This document shows, one piece after another, positions 9,600-19,192 of a DNA stretch of 64,000 nucleotides. The stretch spans positions 946,814-1,010,813 of the forward strand of contig OZ250168.1 in assembly GCA_965237935.1 (NCBI GenBank), given 5' to 3'. Position 1 is the stretch's first letter, and each line of letters opens with the position of its first letter. The position numbers and the translations under genes were made by a program. This stretch comes from Dehalococcoidia bacterium (GTDB lineage: Bacteria; Chloroflexota; Dehalococcoidia; Lucifugimonadales; CBDEGW01). The notes beneath the pieces were generated by a model, which searched no databases, had not been told where the DNA came from, and saw nothing but the letters and a program-made list of their open reading frames with translations.

Positions 9600-9899
9600 C
9601 TAGGCTCTGACACCATAGAAATCGACTCCTTCACCATCTACATCGGCATCGACGTAGATGTCCTTCAAGTCCATCCACCCCTCTGCTTCAAGGCTGATCG
9701 AGCCAGAGGCGGCAAGACCGCCGTTGGTCGTAGAGGCCACATCAGACCCGCCCACGTACACCGGCTTGGTGTTGGTGGACAGGGCAATGACCTGCACCCG
9801 CTTTACTCGCTTGGTGCTCGCTACCAGGGCTTCCGCCGCCCCCGCTGTGGTGACGAGCTTCTGTCCCGACAAGAGCACCGGCCCCTCGCTGTTTGCCAT
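9600..9899 (-). CDS. Hypothetical phage structural protein (99 aa)
   Basis: Tightly packed ORF in the head operon. Confidence 0.6.
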   Translation of the reverse strand: MANSEGPVLLSGQKLVTTAGAAEALVASTKRVKRVQVIALSTNTKPVYVGGSDVASTTNGGLAASGSISLEAEGWMDLKDIYVDADVDGEGVDFYGVRA

Positions 9900-9901
9900 C
9901 C

Positions 9902-10174
9902 CTATGACTCCCTAGACCGCCGCCGTCCGCCCCGCTGGGCGCGGTCCACGGCCTGCTCGGTAAAGTCTTCAGGCACGTCCGCAGGAGCCTCTGCGGTCTC
10001 GGGTTCCGGCGTCGGCAGCACCATCTCCATCTTGGCTGGGTGGGCCTGACAGACCTGCTGAGCTACGGAGTGGGGCACGTCCCTGACCTCCCCAGGAGCC
10101 CATATGACGTACGCCTTCCTCGCGTAATCGTAGTATCGGTGGGGAACTCCAGACCTGTTCCTTACCTCTGGCAT
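9902..10174 (-). CDS. Hypothetical phage protein (90 aa)
   Basis: GGAGGT RBS before MPEVRNRS; directly after the capsid gene. Confidence 0.6.
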   Translation of the reverse strand: MPEVRNRSGVPHRYYDYARKAYVIWAPGEVRDVPHSVAQQVCQAHPAKMEMVLPTPEPETAEAPADVPEDFTEQAVDRAQRGGRRRSRES

Positions 10175-10191
10175 CGTTACCTCCGTCTCCT

Positions 10192-11547
10192 CTAGCTCAC
10201 CCCTGTGATGTTGTACTGGAGGGCTACAGCGGTGTCCGAATCGTTGTCCATCCGGCCCTCGAAGGCAACCCTCATGCTGGCCACAAGAACCGTCTGCCTC
10301 TTCTGGATGTCCCGCTCGCTCTCGATCATCAACTCCCGCTTGAACCCCAGCCGGTACATGTTCCGGTTCACCGCAAGCACCCGGCCCGTGTCCGTCCCAT
10401 TGCCGCCTGAGCTGACCTTCCCGTCGATGTCTGCAAGCAACATCTGCTCCGAAATGATCACGGGTATCCCCTCGATGTCTCCAAGCTGGCCGGTCAGCAG
10501 CGTAGCATTGGGTCCCAGCTTCTCTACCGTGCGGAAGTTCTCGATGGACAGAGACCGGATGTAGGTGTTGATGTCCATGACGAAGGCGCACTCCGAGGGA
10601 CGAACACCGTACTTGCCCAGCTTGCCCCTGACCTCGTTGAACATATCGTCCGAAACGGCAGCGCCATGGTCATTTCCCTGGTTGGTGTTGTCCAGCAGGG
10701 GTATATGGATCAGGCCGTCGAAGACCAGGTAGTGGTCCAGGCCCGCGCTACCGGCCAGCGAATCCGCCGTGGCTCCGTCCGCGTTGATGTTGGTGGCGTC
10801 GTCGGAGATGTCGCCGTTGAGCACCACATCGTCCAGGACCTCGGCTGCATTCCGTACCAATGTCGCCCGTAGGTCCGACAGTACCGCGATCACCGCGTCC
10901 TCGTCCAGGTCGTAGGACCAACTGATCATCGCCGCAAGCTCAGCGGGCGTGAGGGTCTGCCTTCCCGTGCCCGGAGTGGACGAGCTGACCGCAAGATTGG
11001 ACGTGAACTGGTACAGGGGCACGTCCCCAAAGTCATAGGGAATCCGGAACGGGTCCGTGGGCATCATGATGCTCCCAAAGAGGCTGACCACCGAGGTGGC
11101 CAGATGTACGTCCCGCCACATCTCGCTGGTCTCTCCGGTGAAGGTGAGCTCGTCGCCTGCGCCTGGTGTGTTCGCGTCCAGGGCGCGTCCTATAGATTCG
11201 TACAGGTCCGCCCTCGCTCCCTCCAGGTTGCTCCTCCACTCGGCAGCCATTCGGGGGTCTGCGGGTCTCCTTCCGTCAACCCCGCCGCGCTCGGCAATCC
11301 GCAGCACGGCACGGGAGAGCATCAGGTCAAACTCGTCGAATCCCCGGTACTTGCCGGACAAGACTCTGGCCCCCTGGGTTGTGGACTCCACCTGCCGAAG
11401 CAGGGCAGCCCGCTTGGAGGCCCGCATGGACTCGGTGAGCTGCGCCGAAAGGCGCTCCACCTCCTCCTTCAGGGGGCTGTAGTCCTTCTCCAAAAAGGAG
11501 TGTACGGCGGCTACGTTCTCCATTAGCTTCTCGGTCTCTGTGGTCAT
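10192..11547 (-). CDS. Major capsid protein, HK97 fold
   Basis: Coiled-coil delta-like N-terminus, LDEDAVI, VLNGD, GDIEGIPVIISE. Confidence 0.9.
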   Translation of the reverse strand: MTTETEKLMENVAAVHSFLEKDYSPLKEEVERLSAQLTESMRASKRAALLRQVESTTQGARVLSGKYRGFDEFDLMLSRAVLRIAERGGVDGRRPADPRMAAEWRSNLEGARADLYESIGRALDANTPGAGDELTFTGETSEMWRDVHLATSVVSLFGSIMMPTDPFRIPYDFGDVPLYQFTSNLAVSSSTPGTGRQTLTPAELAAMISWSYDLDEDAVIAVLSDLRATLVRNAAEVLDDVVLNGDISDDATNINADGATADSLAGSAGLDHYLVFDGLIHIPLLDNTNQGNDHGAAVSDDMFNEVRGKLGKYGVRPSECAFVMDINTYIRSLSIENFRTVEKLGPNATLLTGQLGDIEGIPVIISEQMLLADIDGKVSSGGNGTDTGRVLAVNRNMYRLGFKRELMIESERDIQKRQTVLVASMRVAFEGRMDNDSDTAVALQYNITGVS

Positions 11548-12293
11548 AGTTGCTTCTCCTCCATTATTTGCCGCATGGCGGCGAATTGGGCTCCTATGGC
11601 TGCCAACATAGGGTCCTGAGACCCCTCCGGTTCCTCCGGTGAAGGAGACTCCTGGGGCTCCTGGGGTTTCTCCTCAGAGGTCTTGGCGGCCAGTGCTCGA
11701 AACTCCTCCTCCAGGGCGACCATACGCTCCCTGAGTGCGTCTATGAACGAGTCGGCCTCTTTGGGCTCCGGTTCAAGCCCTCGGAATATCTCCTTCGGCA
11801 GGTTCAGGGCGCGGGCACCGGCCTTCACCGCGTCCGGGTCGGCGGGGATGGGCACCAGGCTCCACTCCAGAAGGTCCGATTCCTCGATGCGCAGCCGGTC
11901 CACCCGCCCTTGCTCGTCCAGAATCTCCACGATCTTCGTGGGCATGAAGCGGATAGACGCGGCCCGAATGAAACCGCCGTTCCAGGCGTTCTCCACACGG
12001 GCTGCGAACTCGTCCTCGGAGTTGAACTGAAAGTCGGCCACGATCCGCCCCTTATCATCGTGGTCGATCTCCAGGGTCTTGGCGATGGGGATGCCGCCCC
12101 AGGAATCGTGGGACCACAGCACGACGGGGTTCTTCCGATAGTTCGTGAAGTTAATGCCCCGCAGGTTCAGCTCGTCGCCGTTGCGACTGCGTTCCCTGGC
12201 GGCTATCACCATCTGGTGCGTGTCTTCTCCTTCTACCTGACGGGCTTCAGCCACCATCACTCGGCACTGCTCTCTATACGCTGTGCTTACCAT
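11544..12293 (-). CDS. HK97-family prohead protease
   Basis: NYRKNPVVLWSHD, AASIRF, LLEWSLVPIPADP. Confidence 0.9.
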   Translation of the reverse strand: MVSTAYREQCRVMVAEARQVEGEDTHQMVIAARERSRNGDELNLRGINFTNYRKNPVVLWSHDSWGGIPIAKTLEIDHDDKGRIVADFQFNSEDEFAARVENAWNGGFIRAASIRFMPTKIVEILDEQGRVDRLRIEESDLLEWSLVPIPADPDAVKAGARALNLPKEIFRGLEPEPKEADSFIDALRERMVALEEEFRALAAKTSEEKPQEPQESPSPEEPEGSQDPMLAAIGAQFAAMRQIMEEKQL

Positions 12294-12310
12294 CAACACC
12301 TCCCTTCGCT

Positions 12311-12461
12311 GAACGCAAAAAGCCCCGTACATTTAGAATGCACGGGGACGCAAAGGTCCGCGATGTGCGAGTCCGCTAAGGGACGCGATGTCTATTCAGT
12401 TGTACTAGAGCGTTATGCCGCTCTTTGAGTTAAGGCTACTACATATGGGGAGTGATGTCAA
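12311..12461 (-). promoter_or_regulatory. Promoter plus structured leader/attenuator upstream of protease-capsid operon
   Basis: TTGACA-17-TAGCCT (12461-12433); hairpin CCCCGTGCATT-CTA-AATGTACGGGG followed by CTTTTT (12347-12317). Confidence 0.65.
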
Positions 12462-12546
12462 TTCCCCCACGACATGATGTTGCAGTTGGCCTATGCCATA
12501 CACAGCAGGACCGCCTCCGTGTGGGGACGTTGCGCATCATGAATAT

Positions 12547-12852
12547 TCACAGCCTCTTCGTGTCCACATCTGCCAGAAATGCCCGCAAACGCTCAATCGC
12601 ATGTGAATCCATCATCGGGCCACTATCCCAGCTACCATACATGGATCGATGGCCGAAGACGTAGCGCAGCGCGCCCCACAGCCGCTTGTACCAGGGAAAG
12701 GGATTCAGATAGACGGACCAGTAGACCTCATCGAAATCGTCTGCCTTCTCGGGGTCGCCCTTGAAATGCATCAGTCGCAACGTGTGCTCATCGCTAGCGC
12801 AGGCACAGACGATGTGGTGGTTTCTTGGGTTGTTATAGGAATGCTGACTCAT
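12547..12852 (-). CDS. Hypothetical protein (101 aa) in TA cassette
   Basis: ORF co-oriented behind the antitoxin; CAC...H motif. Confidence 0.6.
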   Translation of the reverse strand: MSQHSYNNPRNHHIVCACASDEHTLRLMHFKGDPEKADDFDEVYWSVYLNPFPWYKRLWGALRYVFGHRSMYGSWDSGPMMDSHAIERLRAFLADVDTKRL

Positions 12853-12860
12853 GTCACTCG

Positions 12861-13382
12861 CTATGCCGTAGGGGTACGTAATCCCTTATCCGAGGCTAAT
12901 GCGGGCGTGTGCGCCACATTCCCAACGTGCTCACTCACCAGCCGCCGGATACCGGCAAAGGCACCCTCGGGCGTGGAGTCCAAGAATGACAGTTTGGGAT
13001 ACTCCACGCATAGGCCGAGGTAGGCAGGCTCCTCGGTGGACCAGACCACGCGGTATGTGTACGCATCGGCCCGTGATGGCCCTGGAGCTTCGACTGGCTG
13101 CACCTTCAGCCGCAGCCGCAGGGCGCGGGCGATCTTCAGCAGTGTGTCCAATGTGGGGTTGCCATCACCCGTAAGGATGCGATAGATGCTGGCCCGGCCG
13201 ATACCCGCCTCTCGTGCTAGTGCGCTCATGCTCTCAGACCGGGCGATGTCGCCCAGCATGGCAAGCAGAACCTGTCCGTCTTCCTCTGACGCCGCCTCCA
13301 GGTGGTAGGCCGCGTCCTCCACGGTCTGAATGTAGTCCGCCGCATCCCAGGGGGTGAACGTCTCCGGTCTATCCTGTTTCAT
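12861..13382 (-). CDS. HI1420-type HTH antitoxin fused to a HicB-like domain
   Basis: WDAADYI...GNPTLDTL, then YTYRVVWSTEEPAYLGLCVEYPKLSFLDSTPEGAFAGIR. Confidence 0.85.
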   Translation of the reverse strand: MKQDRPETFTPWDAADYIQTVEDAAYHLEAASEEDGQVLLAMLGDIARSESMSALAREAGIGRASIYRILTGDGNPTLDTLLKIARALRLRLKVQPVEAPGPSRADAYTYRVVWSTEEPAYLGLCVEYPKLSFLDSTPEGAFAGIRRLVSEHVGNVAHTPALASDKGLRTPTA

Positions 13383-13687
13383 TGTTTGGTCTCCCTTTCC
13401 CGTGCCCTAGCCATCTGTTTGGCCCGCTCGGTATCTCGCCGTTGGCTGCTCTTGTCGCCGCCGCATAGCAGGACGATGATAGTCTCGTCCTCGCGGACGT
13501 AGTAGAGCCGATAGCCAGGGCCATAGTGGATACGCATCTCCGAGACACCCTCGCCGACTGACCGGACATCCCCGAGGAGACCGTTTGCCACCCGGCTCAA
13601 CCGCTGGCTGATTCTGGCCGCCGCCCGCCGGTCACTCAGGCCCCTCAGCCACCGGTTAAACGTCTCGCTCCTGACTATCTCTATCAC
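13379..13687 (-). CDS. RelE/HigB-like toxin (HI1419 type)
   Basis: GDVRSVGEGVSEMRIHYGPGYRLYY...LLCGGDKSSQRRD. Confidence 0.9.
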   Translation of the reverse strand: MIEIVRSETFNRWLRGLSDRRAAARISQRLSRVANGLLGDVRSVGEGVSEMRIHYGPGYRLYYVREDETIIVLLCGGDKSSQRRDTERAKQMARARERETKQ

Positions 13688-13737
13688 ACTCCTAGTGTCT
13701 CATACATGGAACAGTTTGTCAAGCGGCAGGCGTCGGC

Positions 13738-13914
13738 TTACAGCCTACCATCGGGTCCCTGCTGCAATGAGACTCCCACCTCGCGGACGTTCGCGGCCTT
13801 GCACCGCCTGCAACGCATCTCCCATGGCCTCGACAGCCGTATCGCCAGCACCCGGTTGCATCGCCAGCATCGGGGCTTAAAGTCCGTCTGAAGGGTTGTC
13901 GTCCGCTCAGCCAT
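13738..13914 (-). CDS. Com-like zinc-finger protein
   Basis: RCWRCNRVLA...EMRCRRCKAAN matches the Mu Com CxxC-CxxC pattern. Confidence 0.65.
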   Translation of the reverse strand: MAERTTTLQTDFKPRCWRCNRVLAIRLSRPWEMRCRRCKAANVREVGVSLQQGPDGRL

Positions 13915-14638
13915 CGGCTTCCTCGATGACCGGGATGGCGACACAGCGGCAGAGTATGTCCGATCCAGGGTGACCCACTCCGGGCGCGGAGTCCCAGCTT
14001 TGACGGGTGCCGTTGAGGGCAACATGAGTAGCCCTGACCCGCTCGTCTTGGGCGGTCCGCCAAGTGTACTCCTGTATCCCTAGCTGCCGGTGCCTGGCGT
14101 GGGTTAACTGACCAACGGCCTTGCTGGTCTGGTCCCTGGTGATGCGACGCAGGTTGCTGCCCGATACCTTGAACTCTCGGTTCAGCACCTTCGATAGCGC
14201 CTGCTGGTCAAATGGCTGCTGCGAGAACGTCTCGCTCACCCGCTGGTACAGCGCCCCATGGAACCGCTCAGGAACCGTCCGAATGAGCGAGATGTTCTCC
14301 TGACGCCATGCCGACATCAGCGGCTCGATAGCCGAGTCCAAGAGCCTGGGCCGGATGTCGATACCGAGCGCCGTCCTGAAGGTCTGAATCAGCCTTCGTT
14401 TATGGTAGCCTGACACCCTGGCAGAGTGGGCCGCCACCTCCTCTGCGACCAATCCTCCGGTGTGCCAGCGCCGAAACACCCCGTCGATGATCTCCAAGGC
14501 CAACGACGCGGCTGAAGCCTCGGACAGGCCAGAGCGAAGCTGGGCCATGAGGGGAGTAAGGACAAGTCTTCGCAGAGTCCTGTCATACACCAGCTCATCT
14601 ATCCGTCGTGGGCCTACACCGTTGATTGGCCGTGGCAT
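13907..14638 (-). CDS. Minor head morphogenesis protein (SPP1 gp7/Mu gpF family)
   Basis: RITRDQTSK, YTWRTAQDERVRATH, HPGSDILCRCVAIP. Confidence 0.9.
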   Translation of the reverse strand: MPRPINGVGPRRIDELVYDRTLRRLVLTPLMAQLRSGLSEASAASLALEIIDGVFRRWHTGGLVAEEVAAHSARVSGYHKRRLIQTFRTALGIDIRPRLLDSAIEPLMSAWRQENISLIRTVPERFHGALYQRVSETFSQQPFDQQALSKVLNREFKVSGSNLRRITRDQTSKAVGQLTHARHRQLGIQEYTWRTAQDERVRATHVALNGTRQSWDSAPGVGHPGSDILCRCVAIPVIEEADG

Positions 14639-14641
14639 CGA

Positions 14642-16015
14642 CTATTCCAGCTCCCCAAGCTCGCCAAAGATCGGGTCACCACTCAGAATGACGCGGCCCT
14701 CGTTCTCGTCGATGATGCCCCCCTGAACCGCTATGTTTACCGCCTCGGCCCTCGTTTTGGCCGCCGTTGCCTGTGCCACCTCCCGGTTCGAGCGGTCGGT
14801 GAGCGACTCCTGCATCTCCGCTATCTCCTCGGTGTCGAACCGCAGGATCACATCCCGGTAGGCCCTTGGAAGCATGGGGACGAACTGCTCCTGCATCTCT
14901 GAGGCCAGCAGGTCCCACTCCTGCGTTACCGTGTTGGCGTAGAAGTCCTTGATGGCCGCCTCACGATTGCTGAACGTGGGGTGCTGTGCGCCGGCCATCA
15001 GCTCCTCCGGCACCCCTAAGCTGTCGGCAACCTGCTCCTTGGCAAGCTGGATGCCCTGGATGAACTCCATGTCCCGGTTGCTAAGGCCGAGGTTCTGGAC
15101 GCTGCCCTGGCCTGGAGCGATGATGGGGCGCTGTGCGTTCTCCATCCCGCTGTAACGGTCTGACAACCGTTCCTGGAACAGCTCAATGTCGCCTAGCTCC
15201 GGACTTTCGAGGAAGAAGGCCAGATTGCTGACTAGGAGGCCGTGCTTGAATTGCTGGTGGTTGAACTCCACCATGTCAAGCTGCATCTGCACCCAGCCAC
15301 GCACCGCCTCCAGTGGAGACTGCCCCTTGAAGTGGTCCTGCGGGTTGAAGTAGCGGTCCCAGATCACCTCGTCGGGCAGCATGGCAAACCGCGAGCCGTG
15401 CGGGTCGTGGACGTAGCCAGCGATAGTACCGTCCTTGGCCACCATGACCTTCACCTTGTCGGGTCTGAGAGGCCATATCTCCCATGCCGCAGGGTCGGGG
15501 GAGCCGCCCTTGTTAATCCACCTGAACGATTGCCCCCAGAGGCACAGATACGTCTCTACGGCACGCCACATGCGGCTCCGCGTCCAATCCTGATTTACAC
15601 GATCAAGGAGTCCCTGCACAGGATCAGCCTCGCCGACCCACTCCTGCTCGCCGTCCCGATTGAGCCGGTAGACCTTGAGCCGGGCTCTGGCCACGGCATC
15701 GGAACGGAGCTTGACGGCACGGTAGACGGGCACCGAGGTGCAGTAGTAGCCCGACGCTCCCCCGGACGGTGCCTTGCCGAGCATGTTCATCCACTGGGTG
15801 ATCTGCTCCGTCGTGAGCCCTGTACCGCCACCCGCCTGGGCCATTGCAGCATAGGGTTCGTTGGCCCGCTGGACGCCGCCCCTGGGCCGTCTCCCCAGGC
15901 CCAACATGCCCCGCATCGCCAGCATCTGTCGTTCAAGTATCATCTCTCTGTTCCTCCCATACGCAGAAGCGCTGTGGCAACTTTGGGTTCCGGGAACCCG
16001 AAGTTGAATATCCAC
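14642..16015 (-). CDS. Portal protein, HK97 family (start uncertain)
   Basis: VYRAV, IWPLRPDKV, GQSPL, DMEF, LGVPEELM. Confidence 0.9.
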   Translation of the reverse strand: MDIQLRVPGTQSCHSASAYGRNREMILERQMLAMRGMLGLGRRPRGGVQRANEPYAAMAQAGGGTGLTTEQITQWMNMLGKAPSGGASGYYCTSVPVYRAVKLRSDAVARARLKVYRLNRDGEQEWVGEADPVQGLLDRVNQDWTRSRMWRAVETYLCLWGQSFRWINKGGSPDPAAWEIWPLRPDKVKVMVAKDGTIAGYVHDPHGSRFAMLPDEVIWDRYFNPQDHFKGQSPLEAVRGWVQMQLDMVEFNHQQFKHGLLVSNLAFFLESPELGDIELFQERLSDRYSGMENAQRPIIAPGQGSVQNLGLSNRDMEFIQGIQLAKEQVADSLGVPEELMAGAQHPTFSNREAAIKDFYANTVTQEWDLLASEMQEQFVPMLPRAYRDVILRFDTEEIAEMQESLTDRSNREVAQATAAKTRAEAVNIAVQGGIIDENEGRVILSGDPIFGELGELE

Positions 16016-17571
16016 CTATACATAGAACCCCCCAATGCCTCCAGCCCTTCCCATGAACTGCGTGAGACAGCCGACGAAGGCGTCCACCTGGTCGTCGTGT
16101 ACGCCGTTGGGGAACGTGGCGAGCTCCTCCCGAAACGCCTGTAGCCACGGGGCTGTCCTTGGGAGCGTGATCTTCTTGGCCTCAACGGTTCCGGTGACCC
16201 TGTTGGCCCGCAGCACCTTGTCCCCAATGGGCTTGACTGGCAGCACCGGCAGCCTGGTCTCGCGCCGTAGGCTCTGCACCACCGACTGCCCGCTGGCCGC
16301 GTCCTCAACGAAGATGGCCGAGGGATTGTGATCTTTGGCCTGGGCCTGCATAGCCTTCAGCAGGTCCGGGTACTCGACACGGTTTCGCCATATGTTCAGC
16401 ACCGCGTAGCCGTTGGGAGTCGTCGTCATGGTGCAGCACACCGAGTAGTCATTCTGCTGGCCGGTCTTGAAGGCGGTGTCCCAGAATTGGAACACCCGGT
16501 CTCCCCGGTTCACCGTTTCTGCCATGACCCACCAGTGATCCTTGAAGATGCTCCCGCCTTCATGGGAAGGTCTCTGCTGGAAAAGCCCCGGCCACTCCTG
16601 GGGGCCGACGCTGACCCGCAGCGCAGCGAGAGCAGAGGCGTCGTACCGCTCAGGCCACAGTGGCGCGTCCTCCTCTCGCCCCAGGGGGTCACCGGGCTCG
16701 GCCAGCGCAGGCAGCCGTATGTGCTCCCACTTGTCTCCCGCCGCCTGCTCCTCCGTGTACTCGTCTCCCAGCAACCGTCCCACCAGGTCGTCCTCGTGCC
16801 ACCTGGTAGTTACCACGATGATCGACCCCCCAGGCTCAAGCCTGGTGCGAGCTGTGGAGCGCCACCACTCCCACAGGTGTTGCCGTTGGGTTGGGCTGTT
16901 GGCCTCCTCACGGTTCTTCACCGGGTCGTCGATGATCAGCAGGTCGAACCCATAGCCGGTAAAGGGGCCTCCCACACCCACAGTCATCATCCCTCCGCCT
17001 GTGGTCAACTGCCATCGGCCAACCTTGATTCTCTCGTAAAAAGTCTGTGCAGGTCGAATTAGAACAACCGTACCCTTGCCTGGGTACAATATACAGTCTC
17101 TGTTCCGTGTATTACCCCAACATACGGTAGCGCTCACATGTGCTAAAGCGCTGGAACTTCCTCAAAACGGGTTTTTACGAGGGAATCAACCTTGCTCAGA
17201 TCGTCCCTGACCCGGATGCCAAGGCCATTCTCGTTCTCTATCACCGAGTCCCTGGCCAGGCGTCCCCACTGCTCAGCAGGCTCGGCGGCGTAGCTTGCCA
17301 GGCCGACCCTCTTGTGGGGCCAGTTGGCCAGGAACCACACCGGCGTCCAGTGAGAGAGCAGTTCACTCTTTCCGTGCCTCGGAGGCATGGAGACGATGAG
17401 ACGCAACGGCCTCTCAACCAGGGATGCCACCCTGCGGGAGATCAGGTCCAGGTGGAGAGTCCTGACCCACTGGCCCCCGGACCACCTAGCTGCCGTCGCC
17501 GCTGGGCTGGCTCTCCAGGCGTTGGCTAAGAGCGTCAAGCGCATCTCTTGCCTCTGGGTCGTTGAGAGCAT
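16016..17571 (-). pseudogene. terL: Terminase large subunit interrupted by MITE
   Basis: MPPRHGKS, LIIDDP, TRWHEDDL, HDDQVDA; removing the MITE restores DDLSKVGRWQ. Confidence 0.9.
17025..17189. mobile_element. 165-bp MITE copy 2
   Basis: Same TIRs; empty site CAA-CC-TTG. Confidence 0.9.
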
Positions 17572-18070
17572 CCAGTATCACCTTCATGTCCGTTTGTATA
17601 GGTCCTCCGTCCACGCCGCTGTGCTCCAGCTTCTGCGGCGAGTCCAGCCCTAGCAGCTTGCACCGCCGGTCGATGCAGTCTATTACGCTTCGTAGATAGG
17701 TGGGGTTGCCCTGCTTGCCCTCACGTCTTATCGCTGCCCGCTCAGTTACCCCTCCGCCTGCGCCGCCACCCGCCACCGCACGGGAGGTAGTTTCGGTCGT
17801 GAACTGCTCTAGCGAGTCCTCCCACGCCTGCCAGTGAGTGCGTTCCAGCTCGTCCAGTTTCGCCAGCTCACGGGCCTTGTCCTCATCTAGGTTGCGGGAC
17901 GTATCCTCCCGCCACCGGCGCTGTATCGCCTTCAGGTCATAACCGACCATCTGGCGGGTCATATTAAGGCGCTCAGCTATAGCCTGCTGGGTCTTGCCCT
18001 GAAGGTACAGACTGGCAATCTCACGCCGGTCGTCTTCTATCTGAATGAGGGTGCGTTTATTAGCTGCCAT
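17486..18070 (-). CDS. Probable terminase small subunit (HTH)
   Basis: LYLQGKTQQAIAERL; RCKLLGLDSPQKLEHSGVDGGPI; precedes terL. Confidence 0.7.
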   Translation of the reverse strand: MAANKRTLIQIEDDRREIASLYLQGKTQQAIAERLNMTRQMVGYDLKAIQRRWREDTSRNLDEDKARELAKLDELERTHWQAWEDSLEQFTTETTSRAVAGGGAGGGVTERAAIRREGKQGNPTYLRSVIDCIDRRCKLLGLDSPQKLEHSGVDGGPIQTDMKVILDALNDPEARDALDALSQRLESQPSGDGS

Positions 18071-18471
18071 GCAAACCCCTAGAGGCAAACCGCCTTCCCG
18101 CTCGTGTACTGCTTGTCCCACTCAATCAATGCCCCTCCCAGCAGCTCAGCGACCTGCGGGACTACTGCGTTGCCGAGGGCTTTGATTCGGTCCAGTTCTC
18201 CGGGAATCCCATCATACTTTCCACGAATCTCACCATCTCTAAGGCGGAGTAATTCGCTGCTAGAAGGTAATACACTACGAATGGTTGAGAACCAGCTACA
18301 AGCGTTCGGCGGAGAGGGGCCAGCGACCTCCTTGATGTTCTCTGCAAGGCTATGGCGTCGCTTGCCAGAGGGGTAGGCAACAATCCATACGCGGTCCCGG
18401 ACGTGTGGGGCGCCAACGTAGGCAGCCGGTATACAGTGCCATTCCGCATCGTACCCGACCTCGGCCAAGTC

Positions 18472-18636
18472 TTGATTCTCTCGTAAAAAGTCTGTGTAGG
18501 TCGAATTAGAACAAACGTACCCACGTCTGGGTACAATATACAGTCTCTGTTCCGTATACTACCCCAACATACGGTAGCGCTCAGATGTGCCAAATCGCTG
18601 GAACTTCCTCAAAACGGGTTTTTACGAGGGAATCAA
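18472..18636. mobile_element. 165-bp MITE copy 3
   Basis: Same TIRs; flanked by GTC. Confidence 0.9.
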
Positions 18637-18639
18637 GTC

Positions 18640-18804
18640 TTGGTTCTCTCGTAAAAAGTCTGTTCAGGTCGAATTAGAACAACCGTGCCCACGCCTGGGT
18701 ACAATATACAGTCTCTGTTCCGTATACTACCCCAACATACGGTAGCGCTCAGATGTGCTCACTCGCTAGAACTTCCTCAAACCGGGTTTTTACGAGGGAA
18801 TCAA
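18640..18804. mobile_element. 165-bp MITE copy 4 (tandem with copy 3)
   Basis: TIR with one change (TTGGTT); empty site CAA-GTC-TTG. Confidence 0.9.
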
Positions 18805-19192
18805 GTCTTGGAGGACTTGCGCGAACCATTGCCTGCCTTCGCCCGAGAGAAGGTTCCGAACGTTTTCCACGATGACGTACTGCGGTTGTATCTCGCCAAT
18901 AAGGCGGTGGTACTTTGCCCAGAGTCCGGACCTTGCTGCTTCGATACCCTTATGCTTGCCCGACGTAGAGATGTCTTGGCAGGGGAAGCCCCCGCAGATG
19001 ACTTCGACTTTGCCAATATCAGCCCCCTTGAGCATAGTTACGTCATTGTAGATTGGCACGTCTGGCCAATGCTGACGGAGGATTCCTTGACAGAACGGAT
19101 CAATCTCGCAGAAAGCTACCGTTTCCATCCCCGCTCGTTCAAGCCCCAAACTGAATCCGCCGATACCGGAGAACAAGTCAAGAACCCGCCAT

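Larger units (their letters stand above)
18162..19016 (-). pseudogene. Nested alternative-frame beta chain of the C5 methyltransferase (start uncertain), also interrupted
   Basis: SSWKT...WPRSGTMRNG...LLPTP...ESMMGFPENWT (motif IX-like) lies in a second frame. Confidence 0.7.

Noticed and set aside
17025-17189. Intron or intein in terL
   Set aside because: It has TIRs and a target duplication, breaks the frame and recurs in both orientations in unrelated genes.
18472-18807. Tandem 168-bp units as a CRISPR array
   Set aside because: The units are whole MITE copies with TIRs and no unique spacers; there are no cas genes.
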